In this document: in pieces, positions 20,315 to 28,319 of the stretch | Position numbering within the stretch: the stretch's first letter is position 1 | Layout of the letters: the number at the start of each line of letters is the position of its first letter | Assembly (NCBI RefSeq): GCF_000737315.1 | Contig: NZ_JMCB01000005.1 | Span: 124,001-188,000, forward strand | Direction: 5' to 3' | Source: Hyalangium minutum | GTDB lineage: Bacteria > Myxococcota > Myxococcia > Myxococcales > Myxococcaceae | DNA: 64,000 nucleotides | Position numbers and translations under genes: made by a program | Notes under the pieces: generated by a model | What the model saw: only the letters and a program-made list of their open reading frames with translations | Databases searched by the model: none | What the model was told of the DNA's origin: nothing

Positions 20315-21066
20315 GTGTTCGACTGGGGAAGCGCAGAGGCGTAGAGGTTGGACTGCATCCGCATGGTGTAGGCGGCCCGGATGGGGAGGATGTAGACGCC
20401 CCGGTTGGCGGCGTCCGCGTACTCCTGGCCGAAGAGGTTCTGTCCGGGGGGCTGCTGCTTGCCCATCCGCATCAGCATGGGCAGCTCGCGCTGCAACGCG
20501 ATGGAGTGGATGACCCAGTTGGCGAAGGGGATGGGGAGCCGGTAGTTGAGCGTCACCTGGATGCGCAGCTTGGTGCGGTGGCTCTGAAGCCACTCGTCGT
20601 AGGGGGAGGAGGCCACGCGCGGATCATCGAAGTCCAGCTCGCGCGTTCCTCCAGGAAGCTCCTGGAGCGTGGGCCCGCAGATGGTGACTGCCACGTAGGG
20701 CAGCTTCGCGTCGGGCATCTGGTTGGTTGAGACACCCTCCGAGTTCCACTTCTTCTGGAAGTTCTTGGCACCGGTGACGGGCTGGATGGACTCGCCGCCG
20801 CCTTGGTCCTGGCTGATCAACGGCAGCAGCACCGCGAGCCCCGCCTGCTCCATGGCGTCCTTGTGCGCGTGGTGCAGCGAGCCCACGCGCACGGCCCGGT
20901 AAGCGGCGTACTTCGCCATCAGCCGCGCCTGATGCATCATGCCGAGCTGAAGGATGCCCAGGATCAGGAAGACGAACAGCGGCAGGATGATGGCGGTCTC
21001 GATGGCCGCCTGTCCCGACTGAGCGTGGCGTGGGGATGGCCGCGGGCCTGGCTCTCCTCGGCTCAA
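20290..21066 (-). CDS. TadE/TadF family minor pilin
   Basis: SG|QAAIETAIILPLFVFLILGILQ...AAYRAVR TadE signature; TTGA overlap with the upstream gene. Confidence 0.85.
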   Translation of the reverse strand: MSRGEPGPRPSPRHAQSGQAAIETAIILPLFVFLILGILQLGMMHQARLMAKYAAYRAVRVGSLHHAHKDAMEQAGLAVLLPLISQDQGGGESIQPVTGAKNFQKKWNSEGVSTNQMPDAKLPYVAVTICGPTLQELPGGTRELDFDDPRVASSPYDEWLQSHRTKLRIQVTLNYRLPIPFANWVIHSIALQRELPMLMRMGKQQPPGQNLFGQEYADAANRGVYILPIRAAYTMRMQSNLYASALPQSNTCLTTNHL

Positions 21067-21752
21067 GGAGCCGCCCCTGGCTCACGGCCGGCGCTCAGGG
21101 GAGGGAGGCTGACGAGCGCCTGGCGATCCTGCGGGGTGAGGCCCGGCCCATCCGTGACGTTGGAGATGGCGTACTGCACCTCCTCTCGCCCCGGCACCGG
21201 TAGGAACTTGTCGGCGACCAGATTGATGATCTCACGCAGCCCGGGATCCTGGGTGACAGGGCCCAGGCGATAGGTGTCCCACGAGGCCGTAGGAGCCCGG
21301 GTCTCGTTGATGCAGTAGAGGTGCAGTGCCACGGCGAGCGTCTGCTGGGCGGGGACCTGCAGCGGGACGGCCTGGGCCAGCATTCCGTTCTGAGAAGAGA
21401 GATCGTCGGAGATCAGGATGAGACCCGCGGGCAGCTCCACGGTCCGGAGCTGCGCGGAGGTGTTGCGCAGCCTCAAGCAGACGCTCACCAGCGAGCCGCT
21501 GCCCTTCTCTTCTTGGGATTCCTGCTCCTCGGGGATGCAGTCGAGGGCATAGCCTTCAATAGGGGAGAGAAGCTCCACGCCGGAAGGCAGCACATACGGC
21601 GTGCCGACTGGGGTGGCCAGCGATGAACCGATGCCAGGCCGTGTGACGTCACCCGGATTGACTCCAGGGCCACCCTCTCCCTCGGTCCCTCCACCGCAGG
21701 CCACCAGAGCCACCAGTCCCAAAAGCCAGCCCATCCGCCTGAAGTCTCGCAA
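21063..21752 (-). CDS. Hypothetical lipoprotein leading the Tad cassette
   Basis: Lipobox LVAC; translationally coupled to TadE; start uncertain (21752 TTG after ggagga, or 21797). Confidence 0.65.
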   Translation of the reverse strand: MRDFRRMGWLLGLVALVACGGGTEGEGGPGVNPGDVTRPGIGSSLATPVGTPYVLPSGVELLSPIEGYALDCIPEEQESQEEKGSGSLVSVCLRLRNTSAQLRTVELPAGLILISDDLSSQNGMLAQAVPLQVPAQQTLAVALHLYCINETRAPTASWDTYRLGPVTQDPGLREIINLVADKFLPVPGREEVQYAISNVTDGPGLTPQDRQALVSLPPLSAGREPGAAP

Positions 21753-21922
21753 CGTTCCTCCACGCAGGTCTTCCGGTGGCACACTCCGTGTGGCCACGCA
21801 TCACCGAACGTGACGCCGCTAAGTAACCCGTGGCGGAAGCGCCTCACAACAGACAGCCAAGAGGCGTGTGGAGGTCCGGCTCCACGGCAGGCGAGCAGGA
21901 TGAAGGAGCCGGATGCGAGGAA

Positions 21923-23815
21923 TTATTTACGATGAGCGCGCCGGAGCTCATCGTTGGCCAACGTGGCACGGACCCGGGGCGCAGCCGCGTGGTCAGGAGC
22001 GAGCTCCAAGAACTTGCGGTAGTGCTCCGAGGCTCTGGCTTGTTGGCCCAGGGCCAAGGCTGCGTCGCCTGCCAGCAATTGGCAATGAGCGTCGTCAGGA
22101 GCTTGCTGGAGGCATTGCTGCGCGCGCGGCAGAGCCTCGTCGAACTGCCGGACCTTGAAGAGCTGCGTCCCCTCCACAAAGGCCCGCCTGGCCTCGAGGC
22201 GTCGAAGCTTCTGCCGGATCTCCAAGGCGCGCGGGTGGGTGGGCGCCAAGCGCAAGAAGCGGGTGTAGCGATCTGCGGCCTTCCGTGACAGCGAATCCGA
22301 CCGTTGTCGGGTGTAAGCCTCACCCGCGATCAGGAAGCACTCGGCCCACTGAGGATCCTGCTGGATGCACTTCTCTCCCTGGAAGGCAGCCAGCTTCACG
22401 TTGTTGCGGAGGAGGGCCTTCTCGGCGCTGGCATATGCGGCCGGGGGCTCGCTGGGGACGGGACGAGGACTCTCGGCAGCGGGGGCGCCCGGAGGGGAAG
22501 CCGAAGGTGCGGCCACGACCATGGAAGCTACCGCGACGGGAATCACGGCGGACGCTCCTCCAGAGGCAGGAGCGCGTGGCTCCTTGCGTGTCAGGCCACT
22601 TTCCCCAGCCACCCGTGGCATTGGCTGAGGCGTGGGGCTCCGTGGAGTGGCCATTGCCAGGGCCAGCGCGGCCCCTGCGACCGCCGAGCCGACTCCTACC
22701 CCCAACAACCTCATTCTGGAGGAGAGGGGACGTACCGGCTCGACCTGTGTGTCCGTGGGGGGCTCTACTGAAGGGGCGCGCTGAGGCGAAGCTGGGAGCT
22801 GGGGAGAGGTTCCTGTCCGCCACCGATCGAGCTGCTCTTGGAAGGAGGGGGGCACCAGCGGCTGCCGGCCCTCCGCCCGCAGGTCTTCCGAGAACAATGC
22901 GTGAATGAAGGAGGAGAGAGACCTCGTGGAGAGGCGGGGATCCATGCTGGCCAAGGCTTCGGTGAGGGCTTCGTCCAGGGCCATGCAGGAGGGGTAACGA
23001 TCTTCGCGCCGGAGGGTCAGCGCCCTCATCACGATGGCATCCAACTCCAGGGGGAGTTCTGGGTTGATCACGCAGGGACGAGGGAACTCGCCACGAACGA
23101 TCCGGGACAGCGCCGAGTAGGCAGGGCCCTCCACGGGAAGCCTCCCGCATAGCAGCTTGTATAGGACGACCCCCGTGGCCCACACATCCGTGCGTGCGTC
23201 CACCAGTTCCCCGCGGGCCTGCTCGGGAGAGAAATAGAGAAACTTGCCCTTCACCGTCCCTGGAGTCGTGGCGAAGTCCCGGGGCTCGCTCGACTGGGCA
23301 ATCCCAAAATCGACGATCTTGACCTGTCCCTCGTAGCTGATGAGCACGTTGTCTGGAGCGATGTCCCGGTGGACGATCTCCAGCGGCTGGCCCTGCTGAT
23401 CCAGGCGGGTATGGGCATAGTGCAAGCCCCGGCACATCTCGCTGCCGATGAGGAGCGCCAGCGGCGCTGGAATGGAGGACAGGCCGGAGCGCAGCGCTCG
23501 CTGAAGCACACGATTCAGGGGCTGGCCATCCACATACTCCATGGCCAAGAAGTACTCGCCGTCGATGCAGCCGAAGTCGTACACCTGAGCGATGTTGCTG
23601 TGCGAGAGCGACGAGGAGATCCGCGCCTCGCGGATGAACATCGTGGTGAAGTCAGGGTTGGAGGCGTGCTCGGGCAGCACCTTCTTGATGAGCACCTCGC
23701 GCGTGACTCCTGCCGCCCCTTGCAGCTGAGAGCGGTAGGTGACTGCCATGCCGCCACGGCCCAGGCATGACACCAGCTTGTAGCGACCGAAAGACTCTCC
23801 AGATTCCACGTCCAT
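21923..23815 (-). CDS. Ser/Thr protein kinase with TM and C-terminal TPRs
   Basis: GRGGMA, HRDIAPDN, DFGIA, YFSPEQ; TM VGVGSAVAGAALALA; two TPR-like blocks (C..LAG.A...Y..FL.LAP). Confidence 0.92.
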   Translation of the reverse strand: MDVESGESFGRYKLVSCLGRGGMAVTYRSQLQGAAGVTREVLIKKVLPEHASNPDFTTMFIREARISSSLSHSNIAQVYDFGCIDGEYFLAMEYVDGQPLNRVLQRALRSGLSSIPAPLALLIGSEMCRGLHYAHTRLDQQGQPLEIVHRDIAPDNVLISYEGQVKIVDFGIAQSSEPRDFATTPGTVKGKFLYFSPEQARGELVDARTDVWATGVVLYKLLCGRLPVEGPAYSALSRIVRGEFPRPCVINPELPLELDAIVMRALTLRREDRYPSCMALDEALTEALASMDPRLSTRSLSSFIHALFSEDLRAEGRQPLVPPSFQEQLDRWRTGTSPQLPASPQRAPSVEPPTDTQVEPVRPLSSRMRLLGVGVGSAVAGAALALAMATPRSPTPQPMPRVAGESGLTRKEPRAPASGGASAVIPVAVASMVVAAPSASPPGAPAAESPRPVPSEPPAAYASAEKALLRNNVKLAAFQGEKCIQQDPQWAECFLIAGEAYTRQRSDSLSRKAADRYTRFLRLAPTHPRALEIRQKLRRLEARRAFVEGTQLFKVRQFDEALPRAQQCLQQAPDDAHCQLLAGDAALALGQQARASEHYRKFLELAPDHAAAPRVRATLANDELRRAHRK

Positions 23816-24058
23816 GCTTCAGTCATCGTACTCTTGACAGCATGTGCGTCACCGAATGGCCCTCCGGCGCTTGGCGGAGCAGCAGGAGGGCAGAGCGGCC
23901 CCTGACTGCGGATTGGCAGGAATAAAAGGAGGGACGCCGTTTTGCCCTGCCTTACCGGCTGCTTGCCCAGCCACCACTCCAGCGGCAGAGGCCAGTCCCA
24001 CCGGAAGCATTGATGGGAATGACCTCCTCCTCGCGGACGGCTTCTCTGCGGCTGAGCG

Positions 24059-24670
24059 TCATTTCAGCGAAGACAGGATCACGTCGAACTGCGTGCTCGC
24101 GAGCTCGGTGTCGGTCTTCATGTGCTGCAGCATGAGCCCGCGGGTCCTGCCCTTCTCCTTCCACGCGAAGAGCTCGATCTTGAGCTGCTCCCCCGCCAGC
24201 ACGACGTCGAACGCTTTGCCCTGGCGCTCCGCACCGGACACCGTGCGCTTCGGCGCGGGGAGCGCCTTGAGCTGTCCTCCGCGTTCCGTGAACCCCTCGC
24301 CCACCCCACTCGCCAGCGCCTCCAGGACATCCTTGGCCTCCACGGAGGCTGGATACAGCTGGATGATCGCGAGCGGAGACGCGGGGCTTTCGAGCGTGAT
24401 CGTCGTCACGCCCGCCTCGGTGGCCTCGGAGAGCTTCATCTCGCTCGGGTACTGAAAGGCGAGACCCGCCTTGTTGTACGAGATCGCCTTCTTTCTCGAG
24501 ACGATCAATTCCACCGTCTCGCCCTTCGGGGTGGTCACCTTGAGCGGCTGCTCCAGCGACATGGGGTAGGTCTTTCCGCCCACCTTCACCTCGAAGCCCG
24601 CCTCTTCCGCAAGGACGGCGGAGCTACACAGAAGTGCCACTCCGACCACGACCGCTCGACATGCGCGCAT
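24059..24670 (-). CDS. Hypothetical secreted protein
   Basis: Signal peptide ending AVLA-EE; typical codon usage; resembles a PsbP/DcrB-like beta-rich fold (weak). Confidence 0.65.
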   Translation of the reverse strand: MRACRAVVVGVALLCSSAVLAEEAGFEVKVGGKTYPMSLEQPLKVTTPKGETVELIVSRKKAISYNKAGLAFQYPSEMKLSEATEAGVTTITLESPASPLAIIQLYPASVEAKDVLEALASGVGEGFTERGGQLKALPAPKRTVSGAERQGKAFDVVLAGEQLKIELFAWKEKGRTRGLMLQHMKTDTELASTQFDVILSSLK

Positions 24671-24898
24671 GTGTACTCCCCAAGAAGTGAGCGGCGACGC
24701 TATCACCATGACTGTGGGCGTGTGTGGGGTGTCGGGCCTTCGGTCCGGACGGAGCCGTGGGGCTCGCCGGTTCGTTCGACGCCAGCGTCTCGTCACTACG
24801 CGGATGCGTGGTGCGAACACGCAGCGGCGCGCAGGGAGGACGTTCTTCCATGCCGCATGCTCGCCTGTTTCCCTCGGGAACGGCTCGGCACGCCGTAC

Positions 24899-24914
24899 TG
24901 GCATGCGGGTTGCT
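24899..24914 (+). promoter_or_regulatory. sigma54 -24/-12 promoter
   Basis: TGGCATGCGGGTTGCT, a near-perfect TGGCA(C/T)G-N4-TTGC(T/A) match, 82 nt upstream of ATG 24997. Confidence 0.7.
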
Positions 24915-24996
24915 AACCCCTCTGGCAGCAACCCACTGCTCCATTCCTGTGAATGGAGCCCACAAACGAAGTTCACCCCAGAGGAGAGACCTTCCC

Positions 24997-25263
24997 ATGT
25001 CGATGCATCGCGCAGCACTGCGGTTCCTGGCTGTGATTCTGGCGACGTCGGCCGTTGCTTGCGGTGGCGAGGCTGGTGACGTTGAGACGGACGCGACGAA
25101 CGCTTTGACTGTCCACGAGCGCGCGGCCTACACGGTGGAGCAGTATCGGAAGACCACGCAGGTTGAGGCCGCAATGAAGTGCTCCGAGGTTCCGGATCGA
25201 TGCTGCACGGACACGGGCTTCTGCTGCACGTGGGGCCACCCCGACGGGCCGATCTGTCACTGA
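24997..25263 (+). CDS. Small Cys-rich lipoprotein
   Basis: RBS gaggag; lipobox AVAC; C-terminal C-X6-CC-X5-CC-X9-C. Confidence 0.7.
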   Translation: MSMHRAALRFLAVILATSAVACGGEAGDVETDATNALTVHERAAYTVEQYRKTTQVEAAMKCSEVPDRCCTDTGFCCTWGHPDGPICH

Positions 25264-25468
25264 GGCTGTTTCCACCCACCGTCGTACAGCCAGGAGCTGG
25301 GGGAGCTCTGGCAGGCAGGGCTCTCCCGGCTCCATCGGAGCACTGCGGCTGGAAATGCGTGCGAGGTGCACGTATTTTGCTGCGGGCGCGCGACTGCGAG
25401 CACTTCGGCGGGTGTCGGCGTCGGCTCGCCGACGAGTTCACCTCGCCGCTCGAGCACGGAGGACAGCC

Positions 25469-25840
25469 GTGACGATCACGCTGAACCACACCATCGTCCC
25501 CGCGAGGGACAAGAGCGCGTCGGCCACGTTCCTGGCCGAGCTCTTGGGGGTCGAGGTGTCACCCCCCGCCGGGCCCTTCGTGCCGGTGAAGATCAACGAG
25601 GACCTCACCTTCGACTTCGACGATCGCCGCGAGCCCTTACCGGGTCACTACGCATTCCTGGTCGATGACACGACGTTCGACCGGATCCTGAATCATGCCC
25701 AGACCCGGGGGCTCGCCTTCGGCTCGGGGCCCGGAGGTGGCTGGGACGGCCGCATGAACCACCTCAACGGCGGGAGAGGCGTCTACATCCAGGACCCAAA
25801 CGGGCACAGCTACGAGTTCTTCACCGTCGTGCCTTCCTGA
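25469..25840 (+). CDS. VOC/glyoxalase family protein
   Basis: TLNHTIVPARDK.ASA.FLAELLG, HYAFLV, GRGVYIQDPNGH.YE. Confidence 0.9.
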   Translation: MTITLNHTIVPARDKSASATFLAELLGVEVSPPAGPFVPVKINEDLTFDFDDRREPLPGHYAFLVDDTTFDRILNHAQTRGLAFGSGPGGGWDGRMNHLNGGRGVYIQDPNGHSYEFFTVVPS

Positions 25841-25874
25841 GGCCATCATCCAGCCCCTGTGGCTCGTACAGGGC

Positions 25875-26621
25875 TCAGCTTCCGCGCAAGAAGGCCCGGG
25901 TCATGGCAGCGTACTGGGCGGAGTCTTGTTGCATGCGCTGGAGCAGGTCCTGAGCCTTTGCTGCCTCAGGGCCTCCCATCAGGACGAGAGAGCGCAGCGC
26001 CTTCACATAACCCAAGCGGTCTCTGCGTTGCTCCGCCAGAGGCTCCCGTCGCAGTCCCAGGATGCGAAGGGTCGTCTCACCGCGAGCGTTGCCGCCTACG
26101 GCATAGGGAACCTCCTCCCGGAACGAGATGGAGGCTTCGGGATCATCCGCCGCAGGATCCAGCAACAGAGGGTCTTCCTCTGTCACGTCATTCTTGTGGC
26201 TCCGAGCTCGTTTCGCGGGAGTTCCCAGTGGGAAGAGGTTTCGTTTGAACTGCTGATTGCAGAGCGTGCAGGACACGAACAGGTTGGCCCACTCATAGGC
26301 GAGCCAGTAGTACCCGGGGCGATGAAGGGGCTCTCCTTCCTCCTGGCGCCACCCAGCCTTGGGGCGGAAGTGTTCGACGTCCCCGAAGTCGATGTGGGTG
26401 AAGCGCGATTCGCAGAAGGCGCATTTGCCGTGCTGGGCCTGGATGAGCGCCTGCTTGACGGTCTCGTGGCCGTAGAGGTCCGAGTCGGATTCGAACGACC
26501 TCGTTCCCCTCTCGTAGCTCCGAGCAGCGCGCGAGTAGGCCGTGCTGAAGGCTCGCCGGGCCTGGACCCCTTGGGTGCGAAGAATCTGAGGTGGCTCGGC
26601 AGGTTTCCGGACGCGAATCAC
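25875..26621 (-). CDS. HNH endonuclease (PtuB / TIGR02646-like)
   Basis: QHGKCAFCES..DVEHFRPK..YYWLAYEWANLFVSCTLCNQQFK; GTGA overlap with the ATPase stop. Confidence 0.88.
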   Translation of the reverse strand: MIRVRKPAEPPQILRTQGVQARRAFSTAYSRAARSYERGTRSFESDSDLYGHETVKQALIQAQHGKCAFCESRFTHIDFGDVEHFRPKAGWRQEEGEPLHRPGYYWLAYEWANLFVSCTLCNQQFKRNLFPLGTPAKRARSHKNDVTEEDPLLLDPAADDPEASISFREEVPYAVGGNARGETTLRILGLRREPLAEQRRDRLGYVKALRSLVLMGGPEAAKAQDLLQRMQQDSAQYAAMTRAFLRGS

Positions 26622-27982
26622 TTGGGCCCGTTCCTGAGACGCGCGGCGGCACGTTGGATGAGCTCAAGTGCCTCGCGCTCGGTGTGAGTCTCGCCCGTGG
26701 GCAGCGGACCGATGGCCGCCTCCAGCTCGAGCAGCCGGGCCTCATCCTCTCGGGTCAGGCGGGGCTTGGAGAGGAGGGCTGTTCGCTCCTTGAGGAACTC
26801 CTCGATTTGGGGCGGACGCGCCGTCTCGAGCCCGAACAGATCGCTCGTAAGGATCTGGTCCACCCGCCAGCCGCGAATGGACTCCACATCGTTATCGATG
26901 ACGACGTGATCTCCCTTGCGCCGCAGGACAACGATGTTCGCGTTCGTGGCACTCTGGACGACGAGCGGGCTGTGCGCGGTGACGATGAACTGCGTCTGGG
27001 GAAAGCGATCCGTGAGGTACCCAATAAGCTGGCGCTGCCACTTCGGGTGCAGGTGGAGATCGATCTCGTCAACGAGCACCACCGCGGGCTCAGCCAGGGG
27101 ATTGGGGCTGTTGGGGTAGCGCTCGAACATGCGGCTGGCGAGGTCCACCATCCAGGCGATGAGGGTCCGATACCCCAAGCTCAAGTCCCGCATGGCGACC
27201 CAGCCGTAGGGTGTTAGCACCTCCACCCGTGCGGCAGGGACTTTCGCCGTGGGAACTGCGAAGCGGACGTCACTCACCTCCGGGAGCAAGTCGATCAACA
27301 GTTGCCTGATCCGGTCCCGCTTCGTTGTAGCTGCTTGCTGGTCGGGAGAAGGCTTGCTGGCGGCATAGTCCGCTTGCAGGAGCCATTCTTCCGCGTTTCT
27401 CAGGGGCACATCTTCGAGGAAGAGGCTGTCACTCGGTTGTGTCTCTTTGAGCGCAGACAGAGATCCCGCCCCCATCCGGCGGGTGGCTCCGTACCCGTAA
27501 CACACCAGATTGAGGAACGGCTCAGAGATAGTTTGTGACGTGGAGCCGAGAACCTCTGGGGTCAAGGAATACTCAAGTCGCTGCTGATGCTTGGGAGAGC
27601 CTTCTTCAGGCACCCAATTTCCGGCGGAGAGCTCGGCGGAAAAGTGTGCGGCTTTGGCTTGATGGCGTACGGGAACCCAAGGCAAGCGACCGTAATGGAC
27701 AAATCCCTTGGTGGCGTAGTGAGGGCCCGACGAAGCTGGTTCAAAGGTCGTCAAGCTCTGCAAGAGCGTCGTCTTGCCCATGCCGTTGTTGCCGAGGATC
27801 ACCGTCCAGCGTGCTGGTTCTCCTCGCTCATTTGAGAGCTTCAGGGTCTGGCTGGGCCCGAAGCACCGGACGTCCTTGAGTGTCAATGAAAGGAAGTACA
27901 CGGGCAGGGCGGCAGGTTTCGGAGCCTTTGTGCCACGCCCCTGTTTGCCCTGGCGTGATTTTCCCTGACCTCTGGCGGCCAT
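26618..27982 (-). CDS. ABC/SMC-type ATPase (PtuA-like, Septu-type)
   Basis: Walker A GNNGMGKT, signature LSLGY, Walker B VVLVDEIDLHLHP, H-loop TAHSP. Confidence 0.88.
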   Translation of the reverse strand: MAARGQGKSRQGKQGRGTKAPKPAALPVYFLSLTLKDVRCFGPSQTLKLSNERGEPARWTVILGNNGMGKTTLLQSLTTFEPASSGPHYATKGFVHYGRLPWVPVRHQAKAAHFSAELSAGNWVPEEGSPKHQQRLEYSLTPEVLGSTSQTISEPFLNLVCYGYGATRRMGAGSLSALKETQPSDSLFLEDVPLRNAEEWLLQADYAASKPSPDQQAATTKRDRIRQLLIDLLPEVSDVRFAVPTAKVPAARVEVLTPYGWVAMRDLSLGYRTLIAWMVDLASRMFERYPNSPNPLAEPAVVLVDEIDLHLHPKWQRQLIGYLTDRFPQTQFIVTAHSPLVVQSATNANIVVLRRKGDHVVIDNDVESIRGWRVDQILTSDLFGLETARPPQIEEFLKERTALLSKPRLTREDEARLLELEAAIGPLPTGETHTEREALELIQRAAARLRNGPK

Positions 27983-28319
27983 GTCGCTCCCCTGCGGCGT
28001 TTCCCATCCCGATGCTGAACTTGGGCGGTGTATCACGGATCCCTCCCTCCGGCCTGACCCGCCAGGCCTGCGCGCTGCTCACTCATGGGGTTCTGCCTCG
28101 CTGAAGTGAGTGGGACTTCGGTGGGGCGATAAGCAGCATCCAGGCCACCGCCAGAACTCCGTGACTTCGCGTGGTTACGTGGGAGTGTCAGGCCCTCGAT
28201 CGTCTCATCCGGCGGACGGTGGAGTCCGCAGCTGTGGACGGCGGGAGCGCCGCGTGTGGCTCCGCGAATTGCCAGCACTGGATTGGCAAGAGGCCTCCGC
28301 CTGGACGATCGTTGCCGTC

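Noticed and set aside
27983-28319. Retron msr-msd ncRNA upstream of PtuA/PtuB
   Set aside because: No reverse transcriptase in the window and no long a1/a2 inverted repeat; only short palindromes
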